Shown piece by piece: positions 34,817 to 43,681 of a stretch of 64,000 bases of DNA (position 1 is its first letter; each line of letters starts with the position of its first letter). Under the pieces are notes generated by a model. That model did not search any database. It was not told the DNA's origin and saw only the letters and a program-made list of their open reading frames with translations. Made by a program: the position numbers and the translations under genes. Source of the stretch: Planctomycetota bacterium (lineage in GTDB: Bacteria > Planctomycetota > MHYJ01 > JACPRB01); the NCBI GenBank assembly GCA_016190175.1, contig JACPRC010000147.1:1021-65020 (forward strand). The letters run 5' to 3'.

Positions 34817-36250
34817 CTACCGCCCGTCCCTCGCGATCAAGGAACGGCTGCCCGGCCCGGAGCATCCCGGCACGACGCTCACCCGGAGCAACCTCGCAAG
34901 CCTCTGACGCCGCGACAGGAGCGCAAGGACGAGGAGGGCCTCGAGTCCGACCATCCCGCACCCTCCCCCGCCGCCGCCTCCGGTCTCGTTTGCGGGCGCG
35001 GCCGGCGCCGGAGCGCTGCCGGCTCCAACTTCGTCCGCTCCGACGTCGAGGGCCCCGTCCGTCCGCGCGCCGCCGTCCAGATCGTCCGTGGGAGCGATCT
35101 TGCCGCCGAGCGCGCCGACCCCGGCGTCGATCGCGGGGCTGCCCGCGATCAGCCGATGGTCGCCTCCGTAGACCGCGCCGGGCGTCGACGCAAACGAATG
35201 CGCGTCGTACCCCATCGCCTTCCACTGGGTCAAGGTGAGATAGCTCGCGTCGTCGTCGGCCGTCACCGCGTTCGGGTTGACGGTGAAGACGTTGTAGTCC
35301 GAAACGGTGCCCGTCGAACTCGCGAGGTCCTCGAAGTGGAGGCTCCCGCGCGACGCGTGTTTCGTCAGCAGGATGTTGTTGAAGATCACGTTGCCCGAGG
35401 CGCCGGCGCCCACGTGGATCGCCCACCGCCCGTCCGAGGCGACTTCGATCGTGTTGTTGACCACGGCGTTGTTCGAGGAGGCCAGCGCGCCGTCGATCTG
35501 GAAGAGGGTGATCCCGTTCGCATGGTTGTCGTAGAGGAGATTGTTGCGGATCACGCTCGTCGCGACGCCGTCGAGGTTGATTGCGGCCCCTCCCCCCGCG
35601 CCGTTGCCGTAGACGACGTTCCGTTCGATCACCGCGTCGCTGATGGTCCCGTCGCCCCCCATCGAGAGGTCGGCGTTGAGCTGGATCCCGCACGCGTTGT
35701 TCCCGTGCGCCACGTTCCCGCGCACGACCGGCCGGTCGCCGCTGTTCGAGACGTAGATCCCGTGCTCGAGCCCGCTTCCGTAGCACTCGTTGTTCTCGAG
35801 GAGCAGGTCGTCCGAGAAGTCGGTGAAGATCCCCCACCGCGCGTTGTTTCCGAAGACGCCGTTACGCACCGTCACATGATGGCTGTTGTCGATCCGCACC
35901 GCCGCGCGGTTCGCGTTGAACGACCGCAGGCCCTCGAGGACGACGTAGGCCGAGTACGTGACGAAGATCGTGTCCGTCCCTCCCGGGCTCACGACGACGC
36001 CGGAACCTTCCGCCTTCACGACGAACGGCGCCGCGGCGGTCCCGGTTTTCTGAATCACGAGCCCTCCCGCATAGGTGCCGTCGAGGACGTGCACCGTGTC
36101 GCCGGCCCCGGCGACCGTGATCGCGCGGGAGATCTGCCGGAACGGCTGCGCCTGCGTGCCGGGGTTCGCGTCGTTCCCCTGCGGCCCCACCCAGTAGTCG
36201 TTCGCGGACGCGGCGGAGAGCATCGCCAGGACGAGGGTCGCGGTTCTCAT
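34817..36250 (-). CDS. Secreted right-handed parallel beta-helix protein with Gly-rich C-terminal sorting signal
   Basis: Signal peptide, YWVGPQGNDANPGT..PFRQI, PbH1 repeats (EHGIYVSNSGD), GSPAIDAG, DVGADE, GGGGGGGCGMVGLEALLVLALLSRR. Confidence 0.85.
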   Translation of the reverse strand: MRTATLVLAMLSAASANDYWVGPQGNDANPGTQAQPFRQISRAITVAGAGDTVHVLDGTYAGGLVIQKTGTAAAPFVVKAEGSGVVVSPGGTDTIFVTYSAYVVLEGLRSFNANRAAVRIDNSHHVTVRNGVFGNNARWGIFTDFSDDLLLENNECYGSGLEHGIYVSNSGDRPVVRGNVAHGNNACGIQLNADLSMGGDGTISDAVIERNVVYGNGAGGGAAINLDGVATSVIRNNLLYDNHANGITLFQIDGALASSNNAVVNNTIEVASDGRWAIHVGAGASGNVIFNNILLTKHASRGSLHFEDLASSTGTVSDYNVFTVNPNAVTADDDASYLTLTQWKAMGYDAHSFASTPGAVYGGDHRLIAGSPAIDAGVGALGGKIAPTDDLDGGARTDGALDVGADEVGAGSAPAPAAPANETGGGGGGGCGMVGLEALLVLALLSRRQRLARLLRVSVVPGCSGPGSRSLIARDGR

Positions 36251-36342
36251 GGACACCTCCTGTCGCACGGAGAGTGGCGCATCCCCCGCGCGTTGCGACA
36301 AAAAAATCGCGCCGCAAACGGAGGCGCTAGAATCACCCTCCT

Positions 36343-36819
36343 ATGTGGACGGAGGCCGCGTTTCGCGAGCGGGTGGAGCGTTACTCCCGCGCGCTCCTCG
36401 CGCGCCTCTTCGGCTGAACGCGCGAGATGTCCTCGGCCGAGGACCTGGCGCAGGAGACGCTGATGCGCGCATGGAGCGGGCTGGCGCGGCTGCGGGACGA
36501 CCGTTCTTTCGGTAGCTGGCTCCTCTCGACGGCGGACAACGTCTGCCGCGAGTGGATCCGGAAGAAGCAGACGCGCGAGCGGCACCGCGGTGCGGTGGCC
36601 GCTCCGGCCGCGACGGCGCCCCCGGGAGACCCCGATCCGCGGCTGGCGGAGGCGGTGGCGGCGCTCGCGCCCGACGCGCAGCAGATCCTCGCGCTGCGCC
36701 ACGACCGCGGGATGACGTGCGAGGAGATCGCGCGCGAGCTCGGCCGCCCGACGGGGACGGTCACGAAGACGCTCTCGCGCGCGTACGCGGAGCTGCGCGA
36801 GAGACTGGGTTCGGCATGA
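36343..36819 (+). CDS. ECF sigma factor with an in-frame UGA at codon 25 (recoded, pseudogene or sequence error)
   Basis: MWTEAAFRERVERYSRALLARLFG-TGA-TREMSSAEDLAQETLMRAW..FGSWL..GMTCEEIARELGRPTGTVTKTLSRA. TAGAAT lies 9 nt before ATG 36343. Confidence 0.8.
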
Positions 36820-38171
36820 ACGACGAACTGGAACGGAAACTGGACGAGATGTATCGGCGTCTCGACGCGCCGGCCCGGCGACTCGATCGGCGCTGGCGGG
36901 CGAGGCGCCCGCGGACCCGCACGCGGAACTTCGCCGCCTGGATCGCCGTCGGCGCCGTCTCCGCGGCCGCGCTGATCCTCGTCCTCCTCCACCGGCCGTC
37001 GACGGATCGCCCCGCGCCGGTTCCCCGCCGCGAGCCGGTCGCACTTCGAAGTGAGCCGCCCCCCCGGTTCAAGAAGGAAGAAGTTCGACCCCGAGCCCGC
37101 CCGCCGGTCCCGCGCACCGACCTTCCCGCGCGCGTCCCCGACGAGCCGCCGCCCAAGCGGGAGGATCCTCCGCGGCGGGACGAACCGAAGCGCGACAGGC
37201 CGCCCGAGCCGAGGAGCACCGAGGCCGAACCCGCGATCGTGACGTTCCTCGAGGTCGACGGCGCCATCGACGTGGCCGGCCGCAGCATCCGGGGCAAGTC
37301 GAAGGACGTCCGGGTCCGCGCGGGCGAGCGGCTGACGGCCGCGTCCGCGACGAAGCTCGTCCTCTCCGAGCGCCGGTTCCTCGTCCTGGCTCCCAAGAGC
37401 GCGATTTCCTTCGCCGTCGAGGGCAAGGCGGTAGCGGCGCGGCTCGATCACGGTGAAGTGCTCGCCGAACTGATCGGTCCCGGTCCGGAGATCCGCGTCG
37501 TCACGGGCGCGTGCTCCGTGCGCCCGCTCGGCACCGTCTTCGACGTCCGCATCGAGGGGACACGCACGACGATCGTCGTGGAGGAGGGCTCCGTGGAGTG
37601 CTCGGCCGGGGGCCGGAGCGTCCGGGTGCGCCCCGGTCAGCAGATCGCCGTCGCGCCGGACGCGCCGCTCCCCGCGCCCACGCCTGCGGACCTGCGGCGC
37701 CTGGCCTGGGCGCGCGGCCACCGCGCGGCGGAGCGGCGCCTGTTCGCGGAGGACTTCTCGAAGCCGGGCGGCTGGGAGGCCGCGGTGGAGGGCGGCGCCG
37801 CCAAGGGGATCCCCGACCCGCCATGGTGCGCCGGCAAGGTGCGGCTCGAATCGGCGGACCCGCTCTTCGCGGTGCCGGTCCGCGGTCGGATCACGATCGT
37901 CTGCCGCACCGACCGCCCCGCGAACCTCGTCCTCCAGATCCACGCCCGCGAGCCGAAGCTGAACTTCATGCAGGAGTTCCGGATCGCGCGGGCCGGCGCG
38001 TGGGTGACGCTGACGGCCGAGTTCGACCGCTTCGTTCCCCGCGACAAGTCGCGGAAGGAGGCCCTCGTCCCCGGCGCGCCCGTGAGCGAGATCTATCTCC
38101 AGTACGGCGAGGACGGGGAGAAGGGCGCGTTCTGGGTGGACTCGATCGTCGTCACGGAGGTCCGGCCCTGA
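36816..38171 (+). CDS. FecR-domain anti-sigma factor
   Basis: ATGA overlap with the sigma gene, TM helix, Pro-rich linker, FecR motifs (LDHGEV, VRPLGTVFDV, VEEGSVEC, VRPGQ), C-terminal beta-sandwich. Confidence 0.85.
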   Translation: MNDELERKLDEMYRRLDAPARRLDRRWRARRPRTRTRNFAAWIAVGAVSAAALILVLLHRPSTDRPAPVPRREPVALRSEPPPRFKKEEVRPRARPPVPRTDLPARVPDEPPPKREDPPRRDEPKRDRPPEPRSTEAEPAIVTFLEVDGAIDVAGRSIRGKSKDVRVRAGERLTAASATKLVLSERRFLVLAPKSAISFAVEGKAVAARLDHGEVLAELIGPGPEIRVVTGACSVRPLGTVFDVRIEGTRTTIVVEEGSVECSAGGRSVRVRPGQQIAVAPDAPLPAPTPADLRRLAWARGHRAAERRLFAEDFSKPGGWEAAVEGGAAKGIPDPPWCAGKVRLESADPLFAVPVRGRITIVCRTDRPANLVLQIHAREPKLNFMQEFRIARAGAWVTLTAEFDRFVPRDKSRKEALVPGAPVSEIYLQYGEDGEKGAFWVDSIVVTEVRP

Positions 38172-38955
38172 CGTCGAACTCCGCCGGATCGTGCGCGCAG
38201 AAGCGGCGCACCTCGGGCGGAACCGCGCGCAGCCGATCGAACGAGCGCCGCCTCTCGCGCGCGTCCCACTGGATCGCCCACTGGAAGACCGCGAGGCCCG
38301 GCGGGCAGCGCGGTTCGGGCGCGAACTGCCCGTGGTGGAAGTAGGCGTCGCCGCAGTGCAGGATCCACCCGTCGTCGCCGCGGACGGCCACCCCGCAATG
38401 GCCGGGACTGTGGCCGGACAGCGGGACCAGGCGCACCTCGTCCGCCAGGGCGCGGATGCGGTGCGTGCCGGCCATCCCGAACCACTCCTCCCCCGCGCCC
38501 CCGTAGGTCTCCCAGCGGGGGCCATGGCCCCACTGGCGCCGCACGTACCGGAGCCGCGCGCGCCACGACGGCGCCACCACGGCGGCCGCGTGCTCGCCCG
38601 CATCCACGTGCACGCGCGCGCGCGGGAAATCCGCGATTCCCCCCGCGTGGTCGAGGTCGAGGTGCGTGACCACGATGTCCGTCACGTCCTCGGGGCGGAA
38701 CCCGAGGGCCGCAACGCGCGCGACGGCGGTGTCCGCAGGATCGTAGACGGGACCGGCGAAGAGGCGGAACGCCATCCCCAGATTCCCGAGGTCGGCCGTC
38801 CCGATGCCGGCGTCGACGAGCACGAGGCCCCCGTGCGTCTCCAGGAGGAGGCAGTGGCAGACGAGCCTCCCGCGGCGGAGCCACGGGCCGGTCCCGTTCG
38901 AAAGGCGGGCGCAGAGGGGCCGGAGCGACCCGCAATCCAGGTGGTGGATTCTCAT
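38152..38955 (-). CDS. MBL-fold metallo-hydrolase
   Basis: LVDAGIG, THLDLDHAGG, GHSPGH, CGDAY, CAHD. Confidence 0.92.
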   Translation of the reverse strand: MRIHHLDCGSLRPLCARLSNGTGPWLRRGRLVCHCLLLETHGGLVLVDAGIGTADLGNLGMAFRLFAGPVYDPADTAVARVAALGFRPEDVTDIVVTHLDLDHAGGIADFPRARVHVDAGEHAAAVVAPSWRARLRYVRRQWGHGPRWETYGGAGEEWFGMAGTHRIRALADEVRLVPLSGHSPGHCGVAVRGDDGWILHCGDAYFHHGQFAPEPRCPPGLAVFQWAIQWDARERRRSFDRLRAVPPEVRRFCAHDPAEFDVRAGPP

Positions 38956-39181
38956 TCGAGCGGCCCGCAGCCCGAATACAGGTGAGGCCCGCTCCTACGC
39001 CTTCCTGTTCCGGATGGACGCGGAGGCAAGGACGGCCGACCTGAGGTTCATCGCCGACTCCTGCACGAAAGAGGTTCGTCGTTCGGTTCGAAGACGACTC
39101 CCGCGACGAGCGACGTGCGGATTCTCATGAGGCCCCTTGGACGAATCCAGGGTGGGATCTTGAAGCCCCCCCCACCCCGGC

Positions 39182-40102
39182 CTACAGCCCGAACACGCTC
39201 AGCACGGCCACGGGGTACGAGACGATCGCCACCAGCGGCACCGCCCAGCGGCTCGTCGCGTGCACCTTCTGCGCCTCGTCCTTCGCACCCTTCATCCACA
39301 GCCGCATCATCCGCACGCACTGGAGGACGTGGAACCCGACCGTGACGTACGTCGCCATGACCACGCGGTCGGCGAGCGTGAGGTAACCGAGCGGCGGCAG
39401 CGACGAGATGATCGCGACGTGGAACATGACGCTCGCGATGAGCATCCCCGTGTTCGTCCCGAGCCGCTTGTCGTACGACTCCGGCGCGAGCATCAACGTG
39501 ATGAAGCTGACCGTCAGGAAGCAGACGAGAGGGATGAACACCTTGAGCACCGCCGTGATCCCGCTCCGCTTGAGGTCGAGGGAGAGCACGTACTGGTGGT
39601 AGTTCTCGTTGTCGGGGTATGCGTGGACCCGCGTCCTTTCACGGACGGCCGCGACGTCCCACCCGATGACGACGACCTCGGGATCGAGGCCCGTGTCCTT
39701 CGGGCTCGGCACGTACTCGAGCAGCACGTTGCTCTGCCGCTTGTCCTCGATCTGGATGACGAGCGCCTGCCGGTCGAACGGATAGCGCCGGAGGTCGATC
39801 GGGACATAGAGATTCGCCAGGATCCGGTACTCGGCCCGGTTCGGCGCGCTCTTGATCCGCTCGACGTTGCTCGCGCGGCCGTTGATGAACTCGAACGCCA
39901 TCTCGGAGGCCTTGTCCGTGTTGTAGCCCGGCGGCAGGTCGCCGTGCGATTCGAACGTCAGATAGAAGTCGACCGTGTAGCTGCCGCTGGCGAGGTCGAA
40001 CTTCCCGAGGTTGATGATGTACGCGCCCACGCGGACCGTCGCCGGCGCCTTCGCCTCCTCGCCGCCGGTCAGGGCCGCGGCGAGCAGGATCGCGGCGGTC
40101 AC
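39182..40102 (-). CDS. Pentameric ligand-gated ion channel subunit (GLIC/ELIC-like), copy 2
   Basis: VGAYIINLGKFDLASGSYTVDFYL, FEFING, DLRRYPFDRQ (Pro-loop), KVFIP, 4 TM with LPPLGYLTLAD. GTGA overlap with copy 1. Confidence 0.88.
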   Translation of the reverse strand: MTAAILLAAALTGGEEAKAPATVRVGAYIINLGKFDLASGSYTVDFYLTFESHGDLPPGYNTDKASEMAFEFINGRASNVERIKSAPNRAEYRILANLYVPIDLRRYPFDRQALVIQIEDKRQSNVLLEYVPSPKDTGLDPEVVVIGWDVAAVRERTRVHAYPDNENYHQYVLSLDLKRSGITAVLKVFIPLVCFLTVSFITLMLAPESYDKRLGTNTGMLIASVMFHVAIISSLPPLGYLTLADRVVMATYVTVGFHVLQCVRMMRLWMKGAKDEAQKVHATSRWAVPLVAIVSYPVAVLSVFGL

Positions 40103-41034
40103 AGGTTCATCCCCGCGAGGATCGCGACCGGGTAGGCGATCGCGGCGGCCAGCGGCACGAGGGTCAGAGACTGCTTGTAGACCGTCATCGCCGCATCCTT
40201 CTGGTCGCTCACGGCGAGCCGGAACATCCGGACGGACTGGAGCAGACTCGCTCCGATGACCACGTACGTTGCGATGCACACCCAGTCGGCCAGGGTGATG
40301 TACCCCAGCGGCGGCAGCGAACCCATGACGCCGGTGACGTGGTAGGTCACCGCGCCGACGAGGAGCAGCGTGTTCGTCGTGAGCCGCCCCTCCGCCGAAC
40401 CCGGCCGCAGGAGCAGCGTGATCCCCATGACCATCAGGAAGCAGGCAAGCGGGACGAACACCTTGAGGGGAGACGAGAATCCCGCCCTCTTGAGCTTCGT
40501 CGTCATGACGAAGCGGTGGAAGCTGTCGTCGTCGCCCGTGTACTTCTGCTCCGTCGCCGCGTGGTCCCACCCGGTGATCTTCCAGCCCGTCAGGACGATC
40601 TTCGGGTCGATCCCCGCGTCGCTCTTGTTCGGGGTGAATTGGAGTTCCTTCATCCCGAGCCTCTTGTCCTCGAGCTGGATCGTCAGGGTCTGCGTGTCGA
40701 ACGGGTAATGGTGGAAGTCGAATTGCTCGTAGAGACTCGCCTGGACGCGGTACTCCGCGACCGTATCGGTCCGCTTGATGGGGTCCCGCCCTCCGCGCCC
40801 GTTCATGAACTCGAAGTCGAGCTTGTCCAGATCCTCCTTCGCCCCGCGGAACGTGAGGTACATGTCGACCGTGTAGCTCCCGGTGGCGAGGTCGAACTGG
40901 CCGAGGCTCATGATGTAGGCCCCGACCTTGATCTGATGGGCGTCGGCCGGCGGCGCGGATTCCGGCACGTGCGCGAGGACGGGGGCGGCGAGGAAGGGGA
41001 CGACCGCGATGGCGGCGCGGAGCAGGTTCTTCAT
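40099..41034 (-). CDS. Pentameric ligand-gated ion channel subunit (GLIC/ELIC-like), copy 1
   Basis: Signal peptide, VGAYIMSLGQFDLATGSYTVDMYL, FEFMNG, DFHHYPFDTQ, KVFVP, LPPLGYITLAD, 4 TM. Confidence 0.88.
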   Translation of the reverse strand: MKNLLRAAIAVVPFLAAPVLAHVPESAPPADAHQIKVGAYIMSLGQFDLATGSYTVDMYLTFRGAKEDLDKLDFEFMNGRGGRDPIKRTDTVAEYRVQASLYEQFDFHHYPFDTQTLTIQLEDKRLGMKELQFTPNKSDAGIDPKIVLTGWKITGWDHAATEQKYTGDDDSFHRFVMTTKLKRAGFSSPLKVFVPLACFLMVMGITLLLRPGSAEGRLTTNTLLLVGAVTYHVTGVMGSLPPLGYITLADWVCIATYVVIGASLLQSVRMFRLAVSDQKDAAMTVYKQSLTLVPLAAAIAYPVAILAGMNL

Positions 41035-41067
41035 GGAGGGAAAACGTATCATCCGCGCCGGGAGCCG

Positions 41068-42366
41068 TCAATCAATCGGCAGCAGCACCAGGCCGGGCAG
41101 TTCGCGCAACTCCGCGAGGTCCGGGGTGGCGACGCCCGAGGCAGCGCGCGAGGAGCGCGAGGTCCAGCCGTACGCGAACCGCGGCGTCCGCATGAGTTTG
41201 CGCCGGAAGTAGCGGTAGGTCGCGTCTTCGGGTTCGGCGGCTCCGGCCGGCGGTCCGCCCCCGTCGCCCAACCGCGTGACGCGGGAGCCGTCCACGACGC
41301 CGGCGTCGAACAGCCGCCTCGCGAGGGTCGCGCCATCCGGGGCGATCTCCACGGGGACGGTGGGCGCCGGCGCGACGCAGGTGAAGAGGCGCCACTCGTC
41401 CGCGGCGAGCGACAGGCCCGCGATCCGCGACGTCCCCTTCCCCACGTGCAGCTCCGCTCGGTCGAGCGTCGCCGCCTGGAACGACGGGTAAACCGGTTTC
41501 ACGAGCCCCGGGAATTCCACGTCGCACGCGCCCGGTTTCGTGCGCCGCACGAAATAGACGTCGAGTCTCGCGCTCGGGATCTCGCAGGAGCGGCGGGAGA
41601 TCGCGACGGTGCCGCGCGGGAAGAGCGCGAAGAAGGCCGCCACCCCCGCGGCCGAGAGCGCGAGGACGGCGACCCAGGCCCAACGCGCGCGCCGCGCCAG
41701 GAGCGAGAGCGCCGCGACGCCCGCGGCCAGGTAGATCCCGACGAACCAGAGCGTCGCCCGCCGCTTCGACTCGACCCACGGCTCCTGCGGCGCAAGGCGG
41801 CACAACGGCGCGTCCACGGGCTCGAACCACCGCGTCTCGAACTTCCCGCGGGCCTCGATCCCGCGAAGGGCGTCGGGCAGGTCGGCCGCCACGATCCCGC
41901 CCATCGCGGCGTACCCCTCGGGCGCGGTCCCGACGACCGCGTCGACGCCCTCGAGCCATTCGAGTTCCGCGCCCTTGAGATCGAACAGGACCGTCCGCTC
42001 GTCCGGAGGAGTCCCGCGCGCGAGGATGAGCCGGTCGCTCTGGTAGAGCCCCCGACCCAGGGAGCGCCGCCGGTAGCGCGCCAGGATCTGCCCGTCGCGC
42101 CGGAAAAGCACCTCCAAGGGCGCGTCGATCGCGAGGGCGAGGACGGGGACGACGGGATCCGGTCGGCCGAGGCCGGCCTCGACGGCCTTCACGACCGCGA
42201 TCCCCGCGTCGGTGCGGACGACGAGTTCGCCGGCGAGCGCTTCGGCGCCGCGGACGCGGACCTCGAGGGGCGTCCAGTGTCCCGGCCGGAAGGCGCCGCC
42301 GGTGAGCAGCTCGGCGCGTTCAATCACCGGCGCCTCCTGCATCAGGAGGACGATCAGGGCGAGCAC
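41068..42366 (-). CDS. Hypothetical membrane protein
   Basis: Signal-like start, FRPGHWTPLEV, two central TM helices. TAGAAT lies 6 nt before the GTG. Confidence 0.65.
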   Translation of the reverse strand: MLALIVLLMQEAPVIERAELLTGGAFRPGHWTPLEVRVRGAEALAGELVVRTDAGIAVVKAVEAGLGRPDPVVPVLALAIDAPLEVLFRRDGQILARYRRRSLGRGLYQSDRLILARGTPPDERTVLFDLKGAELEWLEGVDAVVGTAPEGYAAMGGIVAADLPDALRGIEARGKFETRWFEPVDAPLCRLAPQEPWVESKRRATLWFVGIYLAAGVAALSLLARRARWAWVAVLALSAAGVAAFFALFPRGTVAISRRSCEIPSARLDVYFVRRTKPGACDVEFPGLVKPVYPSFQAATLDRAELHVGKGTSRIAGLSLAADEWRLFTCVAPAPTVPVEIAPDGATLARRLFDAGVVDGSRVTRLGDGGGPPAGAAEPEDATYRYFRRKLMRTPRFAYGWTSRSSRAASGVATPDLAELRELPGLVLLPID

Positions 42367-42419
42367 TCGCGCATTCTACCCCGGCCGGCCGCCTTTTTCG
42401 CCGGACGGATCGCTCGCGG

Positions 42420-42602
42420 CTGCGGATCGAGAAGAGGTTCTTCTCCGACCTGTCGCTCGACCCCGCGTTCGGCGGAGGCGGCGCGATCGAGATCGACCCG
42501 GGCACGGGTGGGGACCGGGCGCGGAGCATCGCCTACTCGGGCGGCGTGATCTACGTCGCCGGCAACGATCGCGTCCCGGGCAACGAGGCGTTCTTCAGGT
42601 AG
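42420..42602 (+). pseudogene. Fragment of a delta-60-type beta-propeller repeat protein
   Basis: Start-less frame LRIEKRFFSDLSLDPAFGGGGAIEIDPGTGGDRARSIAYSGGVIYVAGNDRVPGNEAFFR*. Confidence 0.55.
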
Positions 42603-42745
42603 TTCCCCTTCCGGGAGCCCCGGGCCGCGCGGCTCGGGGCCTGCTCCGGTCGTCTCACCGCGGCACGCAAGGGGACGGACCGGCGCATTCAAAATGGACT
42701 TGCCCGAACGAAGATGCCGGGCTACACTTTCACCGGATAGGAGGA

Positions 42746-43681
42746 ATGATGATGAGGACACTCCCCCCCCCCCGCGGGCGCGCTCTCCTGACCGCGGGTT
42801 TGGCTTCCTTGGTCGTCCTTTCACTCCAATCGGCGGACACGCACGCACTCCCCCAGCAAGGGGGCAAACCCGCAGACCCGCACGTCTACTTCGCGAAGCT
42901 CGGTACGATCAGCGAACGGGCTGAGGTGGACGGCAACGAGCTATGGCCGGTCCCGCAGGGCCCGGAGGAACTGCTGCTCAGGAAGGAAAACCGGACCAAG
43001 ACGACGGCGAGGTACTGGCAATTGATGTATGATGGAAGCGCAATAGGACGCGTCGCGGTCCGAGGAGAGGACACCTCCGCGCTGTGGGACAGGTGGAACA
43101 TGGTCCGGGAGGGATACCTGGCCGCCGGTCGAGAGGCGCCGCGGTGCCACGGCACGGAGGCGCGCGCGAACGCATTCGTCAGGGCCTTCTCGACCGTCGA
43201 GCACGTCGTCGGGTTCGGAGAAAACGAGAAATTCGAGACCGAACACGGCAGCAGCGCGCATCCGTTGCGCTCCAGGATAGAGTATTTCGTCGACCAGTGC
43301 GGGTCGCCGATCTGGATCGAAAGCAACCTGCGGTTCTTCGTGAAGGTGGAGTGGAAGTCAATACCCAAGAAGAACAACGGGTTCGACTTGGTCGGCAAGT
43401 CTACCGGCATCATCGTCACGGAGACCCTCGTCAACGGAGGCGTGGTGGATCTCAAGTTCGAGGATCCGGTAGAGCAGAGCGTGGGCAAGATGTACGAGGA
43501 TGCGCGCTTCCATAGTCTGGACTTCAAGTCCCACTTTCTGATAGGCACCTGGCTCGAGGTCTCGAACCTGGCCGCGGTGGCCGCAACCATCCATCAGACC
43601 GAAGCCTCCCAGCCCGTCTTGGGCGCCTACGGTGAGGGGATCACAGTCGACAGCTACGTCCGTGACCTGGGAGACCCATGA
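42746..43681 (+). CDS. Hypothetical secreted protein
   Basis: AGGAGG RBS, signal peptide ending THA, somewhat atypical composition. Confidence 0.7.
   Translation: MMMRTLPPPRGRALLTAGLASLVVLSLQSADTHALPQQGGKPADPHVYFAKLGTISERAEVDGNELWPVPQGPEELLLRKENRTKTTARYWQLMYDGSAIGRVAVRGEDTSALWDRWNMVREGYLAAGREAPRCHGTEARANAFVRAFSTVEHVVGFGENEKFETEHGSSAHPLRSRIEYFVDQCGSPIWIESNLRFFVKVEWKSIPKKNNGFDLVGKSTGIIVTETLVNGGVVDLKFEDPVEQSVGKMYEDARFHSLDFKSHFLIGTWLEVSNLAAVAATIHQTEASQPVLGAYGEGITVDSYVRDLGDP

Noticed and set aside
38956-39180. Short minus-strand ORF remnants upstream of the MBL hydrolase, including a repeated ATGAGAATCC start
   Set aside because: Too short and without recognisable homology to support a call.
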